Source: Candidatus Eiseniibacteriota bacterium (GTDB taxonomy: Bacteria > Eisenbacteria > RBG-16-71-46 > JABDJR01). From it: a DNA stretch of 64,000 nt. The position numbers were made by a program, and so were the translations under genes. Shown in pieces: positions 56,365-64,000 of this stretch. The notes below the pieces were generated by a model, which was not told where the DNA came from, ran no database searches, and was given only the letters and a program-made list of their open reading frames with translations. The stretch is taken from contig CAVXKA010000001.1 in assembly GCA_963762255.1 (NCBI GenBank), positions 1,536,001 through 1,600,000 on the forward strand, written 5' to 3'. Every line of letters starts with the position of its first letter. The stretch's first letter is position 1.

Positions 56365-58046
56365 CGCACCCGGCCTGGATCAGGGATATCGAGTCCGCTC
56401 GCGGTCCGGCCCTGTTCATCACGCGCAACAACCTCCCCTTGGCCGCGCAACTGGACCGGCAGGCGAAGGGTCTCGACTGGACGGTTCGCACCAAGGACGA
56501 CCTCAAAGGCTTGAGCGCACGCGGCCTGCTCGCGCTGCTCCGTTCACGGCGATGGTCGGTCCTCCTCATCGAGGATCGTGCCGAGGACATGCCGCGCCGC
56601 CTCGATCTGTACCGGTCCCTGCTCGCTGCGGGGAATGCGCGGGTCCGCCTGCTTCTCACGACCGAGGATGGAGCCACCCGGGCGGAGCCCGTTCACCGCT
56701 GGCGATCGCTTCCCTCCCTGAGCGCAGCGCTGGCCGCGGAAGGGGTCGCCACGCTTCAAGGCCTGTCGAGCGCTTCGCGGCTCACCCGTGCACTGGACGG
56801 GCCTACCCCGGCACGCCGGCGCGCGGAGGGCATCACCGCAGGAGCGCGGGTCGCGGTCATCAAGACCGAATTCTGGTTCGGGCTCAAGGCGGGCGGGTCC
56901 GTCTCCCACGGCGTCGGGGTGCTGGCCGCCATGCGGCGGCTCGGCCTGGAGCCTCGTCTCTGGACCACCTCCGTGCTGCCCGGCGCCCCGCCGGAGGTTC
57001 TCCAGACGGAAGTCAGGCCGGCGCTTCGCCCGTCGCTGATCGAAGAAGCGGCGATGGCAGCCTTCAACCGCACCTTTCTCGATCGCGTCGAGCCCGACGT
57101 GCGCGCGTTCCGTCCCACGGTCATCTATCACCGGCACGGCGTGTTCAGCCTGGCCGGGCTGGCATTGGCGCGGCGCCTCGGTGTGCCGCTCGTATTGGAG
57201 GTGAACGCGAGCGAAGTCTGGGCGCGCGAGGCATGGAGCCGGCTCTATTTCGGCGGCCTGGCCCGGCGGATGGAGCGGGTCGCGTTCGAGAGAGCGGATC
57301 GACTGGTGCTGATCTCCGAGGAACTCATTCCGACGGTGGAGTCGCTGGGCGGCGATCGCGCTCGGATCGTGGTGAACCCGAACGGGGTGGACGTCGCCCG
57401 GTTCGATCCCGAGTCCCGCGGCGACGATGTGCGACGGCGGCTGGGGTTCGGGCGCGACGATATCGTCTGCGGTTTCGTGGCGACCTTCCACCGCTGGCAC
57501 GGAGTCGTGTTTCTTGCCGAGCAGCTCTCCACGTTGATGAGTGCGGACGCCAGGCTGCGTTTCATGCTGGTGGGGGACGGAGATCTGCGGCCCGAGGTGG
57601 AGAACATGGTGCGGTCGGCCGGGCTTTCGGAACGCGTCCGGTTCACCGGGCTCGTCGCCCCCGCCGAGGTGCCGGCGCACCTCGGCGCGTGTGATATTCT
57701 CCTCAGCCCTCATCTTCCGTTTGAAGATGGGACCCCGTTCTTCGGTTCGCCGACCAAGCTCTTCGAGTATCTGGCGGCGGGCCGTCCGGTGGTGGCGAGC
57801 CGACTGGGACAGATCGGAAGGGTTGTCGAGGACGGAACGACCGGTCTCCTCTTCGAGCCGGGCGATGCTCCGGCCTTCCGGTCCGCGGTCCTTCGTCTGG
57901 CCGCCGATCCGGAGTTGCGCGCGCGCCTGGGACGGGAAGCGCGCAAGACCGCCGAGCGTCGATACACCTGGGAGGCGAACGTTCGCCGAGCCCTCGATGG
58001 CTTCGTCGCCCTCGACGCAGACCCCGAACCGACCGGGAGCCCATGA
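56361..58046 (+). CDS. Glycosyltransferase family 4 with N-terminal extension
   Basis: PNGVD; FFGSPTKLFEY; TTG start overlapping the previous stop. Confidence 0.88.
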   Translation: MTHPAWIRDIESARGPALFITRNNLPLAAQLDRQAKGLDWTVRTKDDLKGLSARGLLALLRSRRWSVLLIEDRAEDMPRRLDLYRSLLAAGNARVRLLLTTEDGATRAEPVHRWRSLPSLSAALAAEGVATLQGLSSASRLTRALDGPTPARRRAEGITAGARVAVIKTEFWFGLKAGGSVSHGVGVLAAMRRLGLEPRLWTTSVLPGAPPEVLQTEVRPALRPSLIEEAAMAAFNRTFLDRVEPDVRAFRPTVIYHRHGVFSLAGLALARRLGVPLVLEVNASEVWAREAWSRLYFGGLARRMERVAFERADRLVLISEELIPTVESLGGDRARIVVNPNGVDVARFDPESRGDDVRRRLGFGRDDIVCGFVATFHRWHGVVFLAEQLSTLMSADARLRFMLVGDGDLRPEVENMVRSAGLSERVRFTGLVAPAEVPAHLGACDILLSPHLPFEDGTPFFGSPTKLFEYLAAGRPVVASRLGQIGRVVEDGTTGLLFEPGDAPAFRSAVLRLAADPELRARLGREARKTAERRYTWEANVRRALDGFVALDADPEPTGSP

Positions 58047-58849
58047 ACGAGTCCGATCTGAAGCGCCAGGTCCAAGCCTACTGGGACGCGCACCCCTGCG
58101 GCACCCAGTTCACCGGCCTCGAGTGGGGCTCGCAGGAGTTCTACCGTGCGGTGGAGGAGGATCGGTACCGGCGCCAGCCGTTCATGGCCGAAGCCGTAGG
58201 GTTTTCCCGGTATGCGGGGAAGCGCTTGCTCGAGATCGGCTGCGGGTTGGGTACCGACCTCGCCCAGTTCGCGCGCGGCGGTGCCGTCACCACGGGTCTC
58301 GATCTGACCCCCGGCGGTGTCGCGCTGGCGCGCCGGCGTTTCGATCTCGACGGGCTCAAGGGCACGTTCCTCGTCGGGGACGCGGAGAATCTCCCCTTTG
58401 CGGACGACCACTTCGACGTCGTGTACTCGTTCGGCGTCCTCCATCACACTCCGGATACTGCGCGCGCGTTCCGGGAAGTGTTCCGGGTCCTGCGCCCCGG
58501 CGGCGACGCGGTGGTGATGCTCTATCACTCGCGCTCCTCGCATCTCTACCTCGGGTATCCTCTGGCGCTCCTGTCGCGGTTGCGTCGCGGCGAGGGGTGG
58601 ATCGGTCGACGGGAGTACTTCCGCGCGTACGACGGCGCACAGAATCCGCTCGGCAAGGCCTACACCCGCAAGCAGGTGCGGGGTCTATTCCAGGGCTTCG
58701 AAGTACTCGACCAGAGGAGTTACGATACGTGGCGACCGCACCTGGGAGCCGCGGCCAATCGGGTGCTTCTGGGCCTGGGGAAGCGGTTCGGCTTCTATGT
58801 GGTGACGCGAGCCCGCAAGCCGGGCGGCGCAGAGAACACGGGGAGGTGA
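58043..58849 (+). CDS. Class I SAM methyltransferase
   Basis: LLEIGCGLGTD; FGVLHHTPD. Confidence 0.92.
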   Translation: MNESDLKRQVQAYWDAHPCGTQFTGLEWGSQEFYRAVEEDRYRRQPFMAEAVGFSRYAGKRLLEIGCGLGTDLAQFARGGAVTTGLDLTPGGVALARRRFDLDGLKGTFLVGDAENLPFADDHFDVVYSFGVLHHTPDTARAFREVFRVLRPGGDAVVMLYHSRSSHLYLGYPLALLSRLRRGEGWIGRREYFRAYDGAQNPLGKAYTRKQVRGLFQGFEVLDQRSYDTWRPHLGAAANRVLLGLGKRFGFYVVTRARKPGGAENTGR

Positions 58850-58853
58850 CCGC

Positions 58854-59798
58854 GTGCCGACAAACGAACTGAACCTTGTCCTGGGCGGCGCGGGTTTCCT
58901 CGGCTCGCACGTCGCCGAGGCCCTGCTGCGGCATGGCCGCTCGGTGCGCGTCTTCGACCGCCCCAACGCCGACATGGCGCGGCTGGAGGAGATCCCCCGC
59001 GGCTGGGAGTTCGTGGGGGGCGACTTCCTCAACGAGGCCGATCAGGCCGAGGCCCTGCGCGGTGTGACCACCGTCTTCCACCTCATCTCCACGACGATAC
59101 CCGCCACCTCGAGCTTGAATCCCATCTACGATGTCGAGACCAACCTGACCTCCACCCTCCGCTGCATCGAGCTCGCGCTCGAGTCGGGGGTGAAGCGGAT
59201 CGTGTTCGTCTCGAGCGGCGGCACCGTGTACGGCCGTCCGCAGAGCCTGCCCATCACGGAAGAGCACCCCACCGAGCCGCTTGTCTCCTACGGCGTCGTG
59301 AAGCTGGCCATCGAGAAGTACCTTCGCTTGTACTGGAGACTTTACGGTCTCTCCTATCGGATTCTGCGCCTGTCCAATCCCTACGGTCCGCGCCAGGACG
59401 TCGCGGGCGCGCAGGGCGCCGCGTCGGTGTTCCTGGGCCACGCGCACGCCGGGCAGCCGATCGAGATCTGGGGCGACGGGAGCGTGGTGCGCGACTACAT
59501 CTACGTGGGGGACGCGGTGGAGGGGATTCTCGCCGCCGAGGCCTCGGAGGGGCCCGAAGGGCTCTACAACATCGGCTCCGGCGAGGGCGTGAGCCTCAAC
59601 GACCTTGTGGCGCACATCCGCGAGGCAGCAGGACGCGACGTCGAGGTGCGCCTTCTTCCCGGGCGCCCCTTCGACGTGCCGGTCAACGTGCTCGACATCG
59701 GAAAGGCCCGCCGAGACCTCGGCTGGTCCCCCCGCGTGCCGCTCGCCGAGGGCCTGCGCCGCACGTGGGAGTGGCTCGAGAGGAGCCGGCGTCCGTGA
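58854..59798 (+). CDS. NAD-dependent epimerase/dehydratase
   Basis: GGAGFLG; SSGGTVYG; YGVVK. Confidence 0.93.
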   Translation: MPTNELNLVLGGAGFLGSHVAEALLRHGRSVRVFDRPNADMARLEEIPRGWEFVGGDFLNEADQAEALRGVTTVFHLISTTIPATSSLNPIYDVETNLTSTLRCIELALESGVKRIVFVSSGGTVYGRPQSLPITEEHPTEPLVSYGVVKLAIEKYLRLYWRLYGLSYRILRLSNPYGPRQDVAGAQGAASVFLGHAHAGQPIEIWGDGSVVRDYIYVGDAVEGILAAEASEGPEGLYNIGSGEGVSLNDLVAHIREAAGRDVEVRLLPGRPFDVPVNVLDIGKARRDLGWSPRVPLAEGLRRTWEWLERSRRP

Positions 59799-60550
59799 CC
59801 GCGCCGATGGTGAACGGGCGTCCGATCCGCCTCTCCATCTTCTTTCCCGCCTACTACGACGAACTCAACATCCCGAAGGTGGTGGACGGCGCGCTCCGCG
59901 TGGTGGAGGAGATGGGGATCGAGGACTACGAGATCATCATCGTTGAGGATGGCAGCCCGGACCGCACCGGCGAGGTGGCCGACGAGCTGGCCGCGCGCCA
60001 CCCGCGCGTGCGGGTCGTGCATCACCCCAAGAACCTCGGCTACGGCATGGCCCTGCGCACCGGATTCACCGAGGCGCGCCTCGACCACGTCTTCTACACC
60101 GACGGCGACAATCAGTTCGACTTGCAGGAACTGAAGAAGTTCGTGGCGCTCCTGCCCTATACGGACATCGTCTCCGGGTTCCGCATCCAGAAGCAGTACT
60201 CGCCCTATCGCAAGTTCACTTCGTTCATCTATAACTACTTTCTGCGCGTGCTGTTCGACATCCAGGACCGCGACGTGGATTGCGCGTTCAAGCTCTACCC
60301 GACCGAACTCTTCCGGCGGATCGACATGGAATCGCGCGACGCGTTCATCGACGCGGAGCTTGCGATCAAGGCTCGACTCCTCGGGTACCGTTCGACCGAG
60401 GTCGGCGTGCGTCATCTGCCTCGACTGGACGGCATCTCGACCGGCGCCCGCCCCAGCGTGATCCTGCGAACGATTCGCGAGATCTACCGTTTCCGTCGCA
60501 AGTACCGCCACCAACTCCGGGAGGAGAAGCGGACGGCGGGGGCGCGCTAG
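59795..60550 (+). CDS. GT2, DPM1-like
   Basis: FFPAYYDE; EDGSPD; YTDGDNQFD; DVDCAFKL. Confidence 0.9.
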   Translation: MTAPMVNGRPIRLSIFFPAYYDELNIPKVVDGALRVVEEMGIEDYEIIIVEDGSPDRTGEVADELAARHPRVRVVHHPKNLGYGMALRTGFTEARLDHVFYTDGDNQFDLQELKKFVALLPYTDIVSGFRIQKQYSPYRKFTSFIYNYFLRVLFDIQDRDVDCAFKLYPTELFRRIDMESRDAFIDAELAIKARLLGYRSTEVGVRHLPRLDGISTGARPSVILRTIREIYRFRRKYRHQLREEKRTAGAR

Positions 60551-60596
60551 CCCACCCGCCTCGGGCCCGCATCCGCGGGCGATCCGCGCAGCGAAC

Positions 60597-61340
60597 ATGG
60601 AACGCGAGGTTTACGACTTCTTCTACGAGGCCGAGGATCGCCATTGGTGGTTCCTGGCCCGGCGGCGCATCCTCATGGCCGTGCTCGAGCGATCCGTTCC
60701 GCGACCCGGGATCGAAATCGCGGACGTGGGGTGCGGCACAGGCGGCATGGCCGCGCCTCTCTCGCGATTCGGCCGGGTGACCGCGGTGGACGAGGCGTCG
60801 CAAGCGCGCGAGTATTGCCGGCGCCGGGGTCTCGATCGGGTACTCTCCATCGCGGAGTGGGACGCCGATACAACGGCCTACGATCTCGTCACCGCCTTCG
60901 ATGTCGTCGAGCACGTGGAGGACGATCTGGCCCTTCTCAAACGGCTCCATGCGCGGCTCAAACCGGGGGGCACGCTCGTGGTCACCGTGCCCGCCTACCG
61001 GTTTCTCTGGAGTCCGTTCGACGAGATGAACCACCACGTCCGGCGCTATTCGCGCGGGGAGTTGCGAAACCGCCTGGAAGAGGCGGGATTCCGCGTGCGG
61101 CGCGCCACCTACTTCAACTCGCTGCTCTTTCCGGTGATCGCGGTCGTCCGCCTGGCGGAGCGCGCGCTCGGTCTCGACCCCACCAAGGATGCGGAGAAGA
61201 AGAAGGCGCTCGCCCGCTGGTTCAAGGTGGGACCGCTGAACGGCGTCCTGACAGGGCTCTTCGCTTCGGAGCGCCACTGGCTCGTCGAACGCGACCTCCC
61301 AGCCGGGTGCTCGATCCTCGCCGTCGCGGTGAAGGACTAG
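60597..61340 (+). CDS. Class I SAM methyltransferase
   Basis: HWWFLARR; DVGCGTG; DVVEH; HVRRY. Confidence 0.92.
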   Translation: MEREVYDFFYEAEDRHWWFLARRRILMAVLERSVPRPGIEIADVGCGTGGMAAPLSRFGRVTAVDEASQAREYCRRRGLDRVLSIAEWDADTTAYDLVTAFDVVEHVEDDLALLKRLHARLKPGGTLVVTVPAYRFLWSPFDEMNHHVRRYSRGELRNRLEEAGFRVRRATYFNSLLFPVIAVVRLAERALGLDPTKDAEKKKALARWFKVGPLNGVLTGLFASERHWLVERDLPAGCSILAVAVKD

Positions 61341-61342
61341 CG

Positions 61343-63247
61343 GTGGGGTTTCTGGACGACCTCATCTACTTCGGGCCGTCTCTGTCGCCGGGACGCGCCC
61401 TCGCCCTGGCTCGCGCCAAGATCGCCAAGTCCCGCCTCACCCGCGCGACGGCGGCGGCGCTGCGACGCGCGGAGTCCGACGACCTCCTGTTCGATCGCGT
61501 CCGACTGCCGCGAGCGACCGAATCCCGTGTGGAGGCGCTTCGAGCCTCGTTCAAGCCCCTGGCCGCGGTTTCGCTCCCCGGTGGGGATCCACCGGCCGAT
61601 GCCGCACGCGCCGGCGAAACCCTGGCGCGCGCGGAAGCGGTGCTTGCGGGCAAGCAGATTCTCTTCGGCCGGGAGATCGAGTTGGGCTGGCCGCCTCGAT
61701 GGGATTGGCGATGGGACGGCCTCCCCGAGGCCGCCCCGTTCGCGGGCGACCTGCGCAGCACCTGGGAAGCGCAGCGTTTGCAGGGGCTGTTGCCGTTGGC
61801 TCGCGCCTCCGCCGACGAACGCGTCGCCCGAGCGGGCTCGGACGATCGCTTTGCGCGGGCCTACATCGCCGGCGTGCTCGACTTCGCCCGCCATCATCCC
61901 GGACCGGACGGCCTCGCATGGGAGAGCGCGCTCGAAGTGGGCTTGCGACTCGTATCGCTCGCGCAAGGACTTCCCCGGATCGTGCAGAGCGACGCGTTCG
62001 AAGAACGCCATGTCGAGATCGTGCGCATGCTGGACCGACACGCGCGCTGGCTGCGAGCCGGCCTTTCGCTCGACAAGGTCGTGCGCGGAAACCACCTTCT
62101 TGGCGAGCTGGCGGGATTGCTCATTGCGGGGCGGCTCATCCCGGATGCGCGCGCGACATGGTGGCACGGGCTCGACGTCCCGGGGCTTCTCGAATCCGAG
62201 ATCCTCGCCCAATTCCATCCCGACGGCGCGAGCGTCGAGCAGTCGCTCACCTACGAGAAGTTCGTTCTCGAGTTCGTCGTGCTGGCTGGCGCTTTCGGCG
62301 CGACCCGCGGCGAGCCCTACTCCGCCGACGTGCGGGAGCGCCTCGGCGCCGCCCTCGACCATCTGGAAGCGTGCACCGCTCCCGACGGCACGCTGCCGCT
62401 CGTGGGGGACTGCGACTCCGGACGGGGCGCCGATTGGGGCGAGTCCGATCCTCACCGGCCGGCAGGGTTCGTCGATACAGCACGACGGCTCCTCGGGGCG
62501 GCCCCGCCGGCAGCGAACGGACCCATGCTCCGGCGCTTCCCCGACGGCGGGCACGTCGTCGTACGCGACGGAGACAGCTTCCTCTTCATGCGCGGCGGAC
62601 CGTTCGGCCACGGCATTCCAGGCCCCGCGTCGCATAGCCACGCCGACCTTCTTGCCCCGGTGCTCTATCTGGGGGGTGAAGCGGTCCTGGTCGATCCCGG
62701 CGTGTACGGATACGCCGTGGGATCGGCATTGCGTGACGGCATGCGCGGCTGGGAGGCCCACTCCGCCGTCTCGTTCGGGCCCTCCGCCGGGCCGATCCCG
62801 GCCGGGACTTTCCGATGGCGAGGCATCCCGCCGCCTGCCAGCCTGAGCGGGGAGATCACCGCCGAGGGGGCAGTCCTGGAGGGGGAAGTCCGCCGCGGCC
62901 CCCGTGGGAATCCTTTGCTCTGGCACAGGTCTATACACTACAATCAATTACGTCGTATCTGGCTCATCCTAGACCGCTTCTCCCAGACTGCAACGGGGCC
63001 CGTCAACTGGGCCTTTCGCTTCGCTCCCGGGGTCCATTTGGAACAGACCGGCGTCGCGGGGGTGTACCGCGTTGTGCTCCCTTCGGGACGGATGTGGCGG
63101 CTGACCTTGGATCCGGTGGGGGAAATCGTGGTGGAGGACGGCTGGATCGCGCCCGCGTATGGAAGCATGGTGACGGCTCCGATCCTGCGCCGTAGGCTCG
63201 GGACGCCACCCTCGGACGCGCGGGCGGAGCTCGCCCCTCTCGGGTGA
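61343..63247 (+). CDS. Heparinase II/III-like protein
   Basis: WEAQR; GNHLLGE; [11 protein letters not shown]; HSHAD; LVDPGVYGY; AHS. Confidence 0.88.
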   Translation: MGFLDDLIYFGPSLSPGRALALARAKIAKSRLTRATAAALRRAESDDLLFDRVRLPRATESRVEALRASFKPLAAVSLPGGDPPADAARAGETLARAEAVLAGKQILFGREIELGWPPRWDWRWDGLPEAAPFAGDLRSTWEAQRLQGLLPLARASADERVARAGSDDRFARAYIAGVLDFARHHPGPDGLAWESALEVGLRLVSLAQGLPRIVQSDAFEERHVEIVRMLDRHARWLRAGLSLDKVVRGNHLLGELAGLLIAGRLIPDARATWWHGLDVPGLLESEILAQFHPDGASVEQSLTYEKFVLEFVVLAGAFGATRGEPYSADVRERLGAALDHLEACTAPDGTLPLVGDCDSGRGADWGESDPHRPAGFVDTARRLLGAAPPAANGPMLRRFPDGGHVVVRDGDSFLFMRGGPFGHGIPGPASHSHADLLAPVLYLGGEAVLVDPGVYGYAVGSALRDGMRGWEAHSAVSFGPSAGPIPAGTFRWRGIPPPASLSGEITAEGAVLEGEVRRGPRGNPLLWHRSIHYNQLRRIWLILDRFSQTATGPVNWAFRFAPGVHLEQTGVAGVYRVVLPSGRMWRLTLDPVGEIVVEDGWIAPAYGSMVTAPILRRRLGTPPSDARAELAPLG

Positions 63248-63298
63248 CGGACCCGCGTCGCGCCGGCATCGCCGGCCGGCGCCGCCATAGGAGACAGC

Positions 63299-64000
63299 GT
63301 GAACATCCTCATCACCGGAGGCGCGGGCTTCATCGGCTCCCACCTCTGCGATTTCCTGCTCGGCGAAGGCCACAGCGTGGTCGCGATGGACAACCTCTGC
63401 ACCGGGAGCGTGGACAACATCGCGCATATTCGCGATCCCAAGTTCACCTTCGTCCAGTACGACGTCACCAACTTCGTCTATGTCGAGGGCCCTCTCGACT
63501 ACGTGCTCCACTTCGCGAGCCCGGCGAGCCCGATCGACTATCTTCAGCTCCCCATCCAGACCCTGAAGGTGGGCGCCATCGGCACCCACAGGGCGCTCGG
63601 TCTGGCCAAGGCCAAAGGGGCGAAGTTCCTCATCGCGTCCACCAGCGAGACCTACGGCGATCCGCTGGTTCATCCCCAGCCCGAGACCTATTGGGGCAAT
63701 GTGAACCCGATCGGTTGGCGCGGGGTCTATGACGAGGCGAAGCGATTCGCTGAGGCCATGACCATGGCCTACCATCGCTACCACAACGTGGACACGAAGA
63801 TCGTGCGCATCTTCAACACCTTCGGCCCCCGCATGCGCAAGCACGACGGACGGGCCGTGCCCACGTTCATCAACCAGGCCGTGGCCGGCGAGGACATCAC
63901 CGTCTTCGGGGACGGGTCGCAGACTCGCTCCTTCGGCTACATCTCGGACCTGGTTGCCGGGATCTACAAGCTCATGCTCTCCGGCGAGAACGAGCCGGTG
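63299..64000 (+). CDS. UDP-glucuronate decarboxylase-like SDR; runs off window end
   Basis: Not in ORF track. [11 protein letters not shown]; HFASPASP; [10 protein letters not shown]; YDEAKR. Confidence 0.92.
   Translation, partial: MNILITGGAGFIGSHLCDFLLGEGHSVVAMDNLCTGSVDNIAHIRDPKFTFVQYDVTNFVYVEGPLDYVLHFASPASPIDYLQLPIQTLKVGAIGTHRALGLAKAKGAKFLIASTSETYGDPLVHPQPETYWGNVNPIGWRGVYDEAKRFAEAMTMAYHRYHNVDTKIVRIFNTFGPRMRKHDGRAVPTFINQAVAGEDITVFGDGSQTRSFGYISDLVAGIYKLMLSGENEPV

Noticed and set aside
43451-59615. Long minus-strand ORFs (720, 1011, 479, 419 aa and others)
   Set aside because: Shadow frames of recognisable high-GC plus-strand genes; no motifs
1-64000. tRNA, rRNA, IS transposase, prophage, retron or DGR reverse transcriptase
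   Set aside because: No recognisable motifs for any of these in the window

Overview
High-GC bacterial DNA in four blocks; lipoproteins and beta-barrels imply a diderm host. (1) 1-1406: an ECF sigma factor and a coupled membrane-anchored partner on the minus strand. (2) ~1700-24600: a large chromosomal integron. A heavily deleted IntI pseudogene lies on the SAME strand as, and upstream of, a putative attI (inverted-integrase layout). It is followed by about 30 gene cassettes delimited by 29 recognisable attC sites: 20 of one resident ~100-bp family with a conserved TAnnnT hexamer in the loop, and 9 of unrelated types. The cassettes are rich in lipoproteins and outer-membrane proteins, include a DUF4258/DUF2283 TA-like pair, and their attC sites decay with distance from attI. 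(3) ~24600-41150: a nearly all plus-strand run of small stand-alone accessory genes with gene fragments and no intact attC, possibly domesticated old cassettes. (4) 41324->64000: a tightly coupled glycosylation operon with two GT-C-type membrane transferases (DUF2723/TMEM260-like with TPR, and YfhO-like), GT2s, GT4s, HddA/HddC-like enzymes, AsnB-like, epimerases, methyltransferases and a heparinase II/III-like protein. All family calls come from motif recognition by eye, not database searches. Several single-base frameshifts could be sequencing errors.
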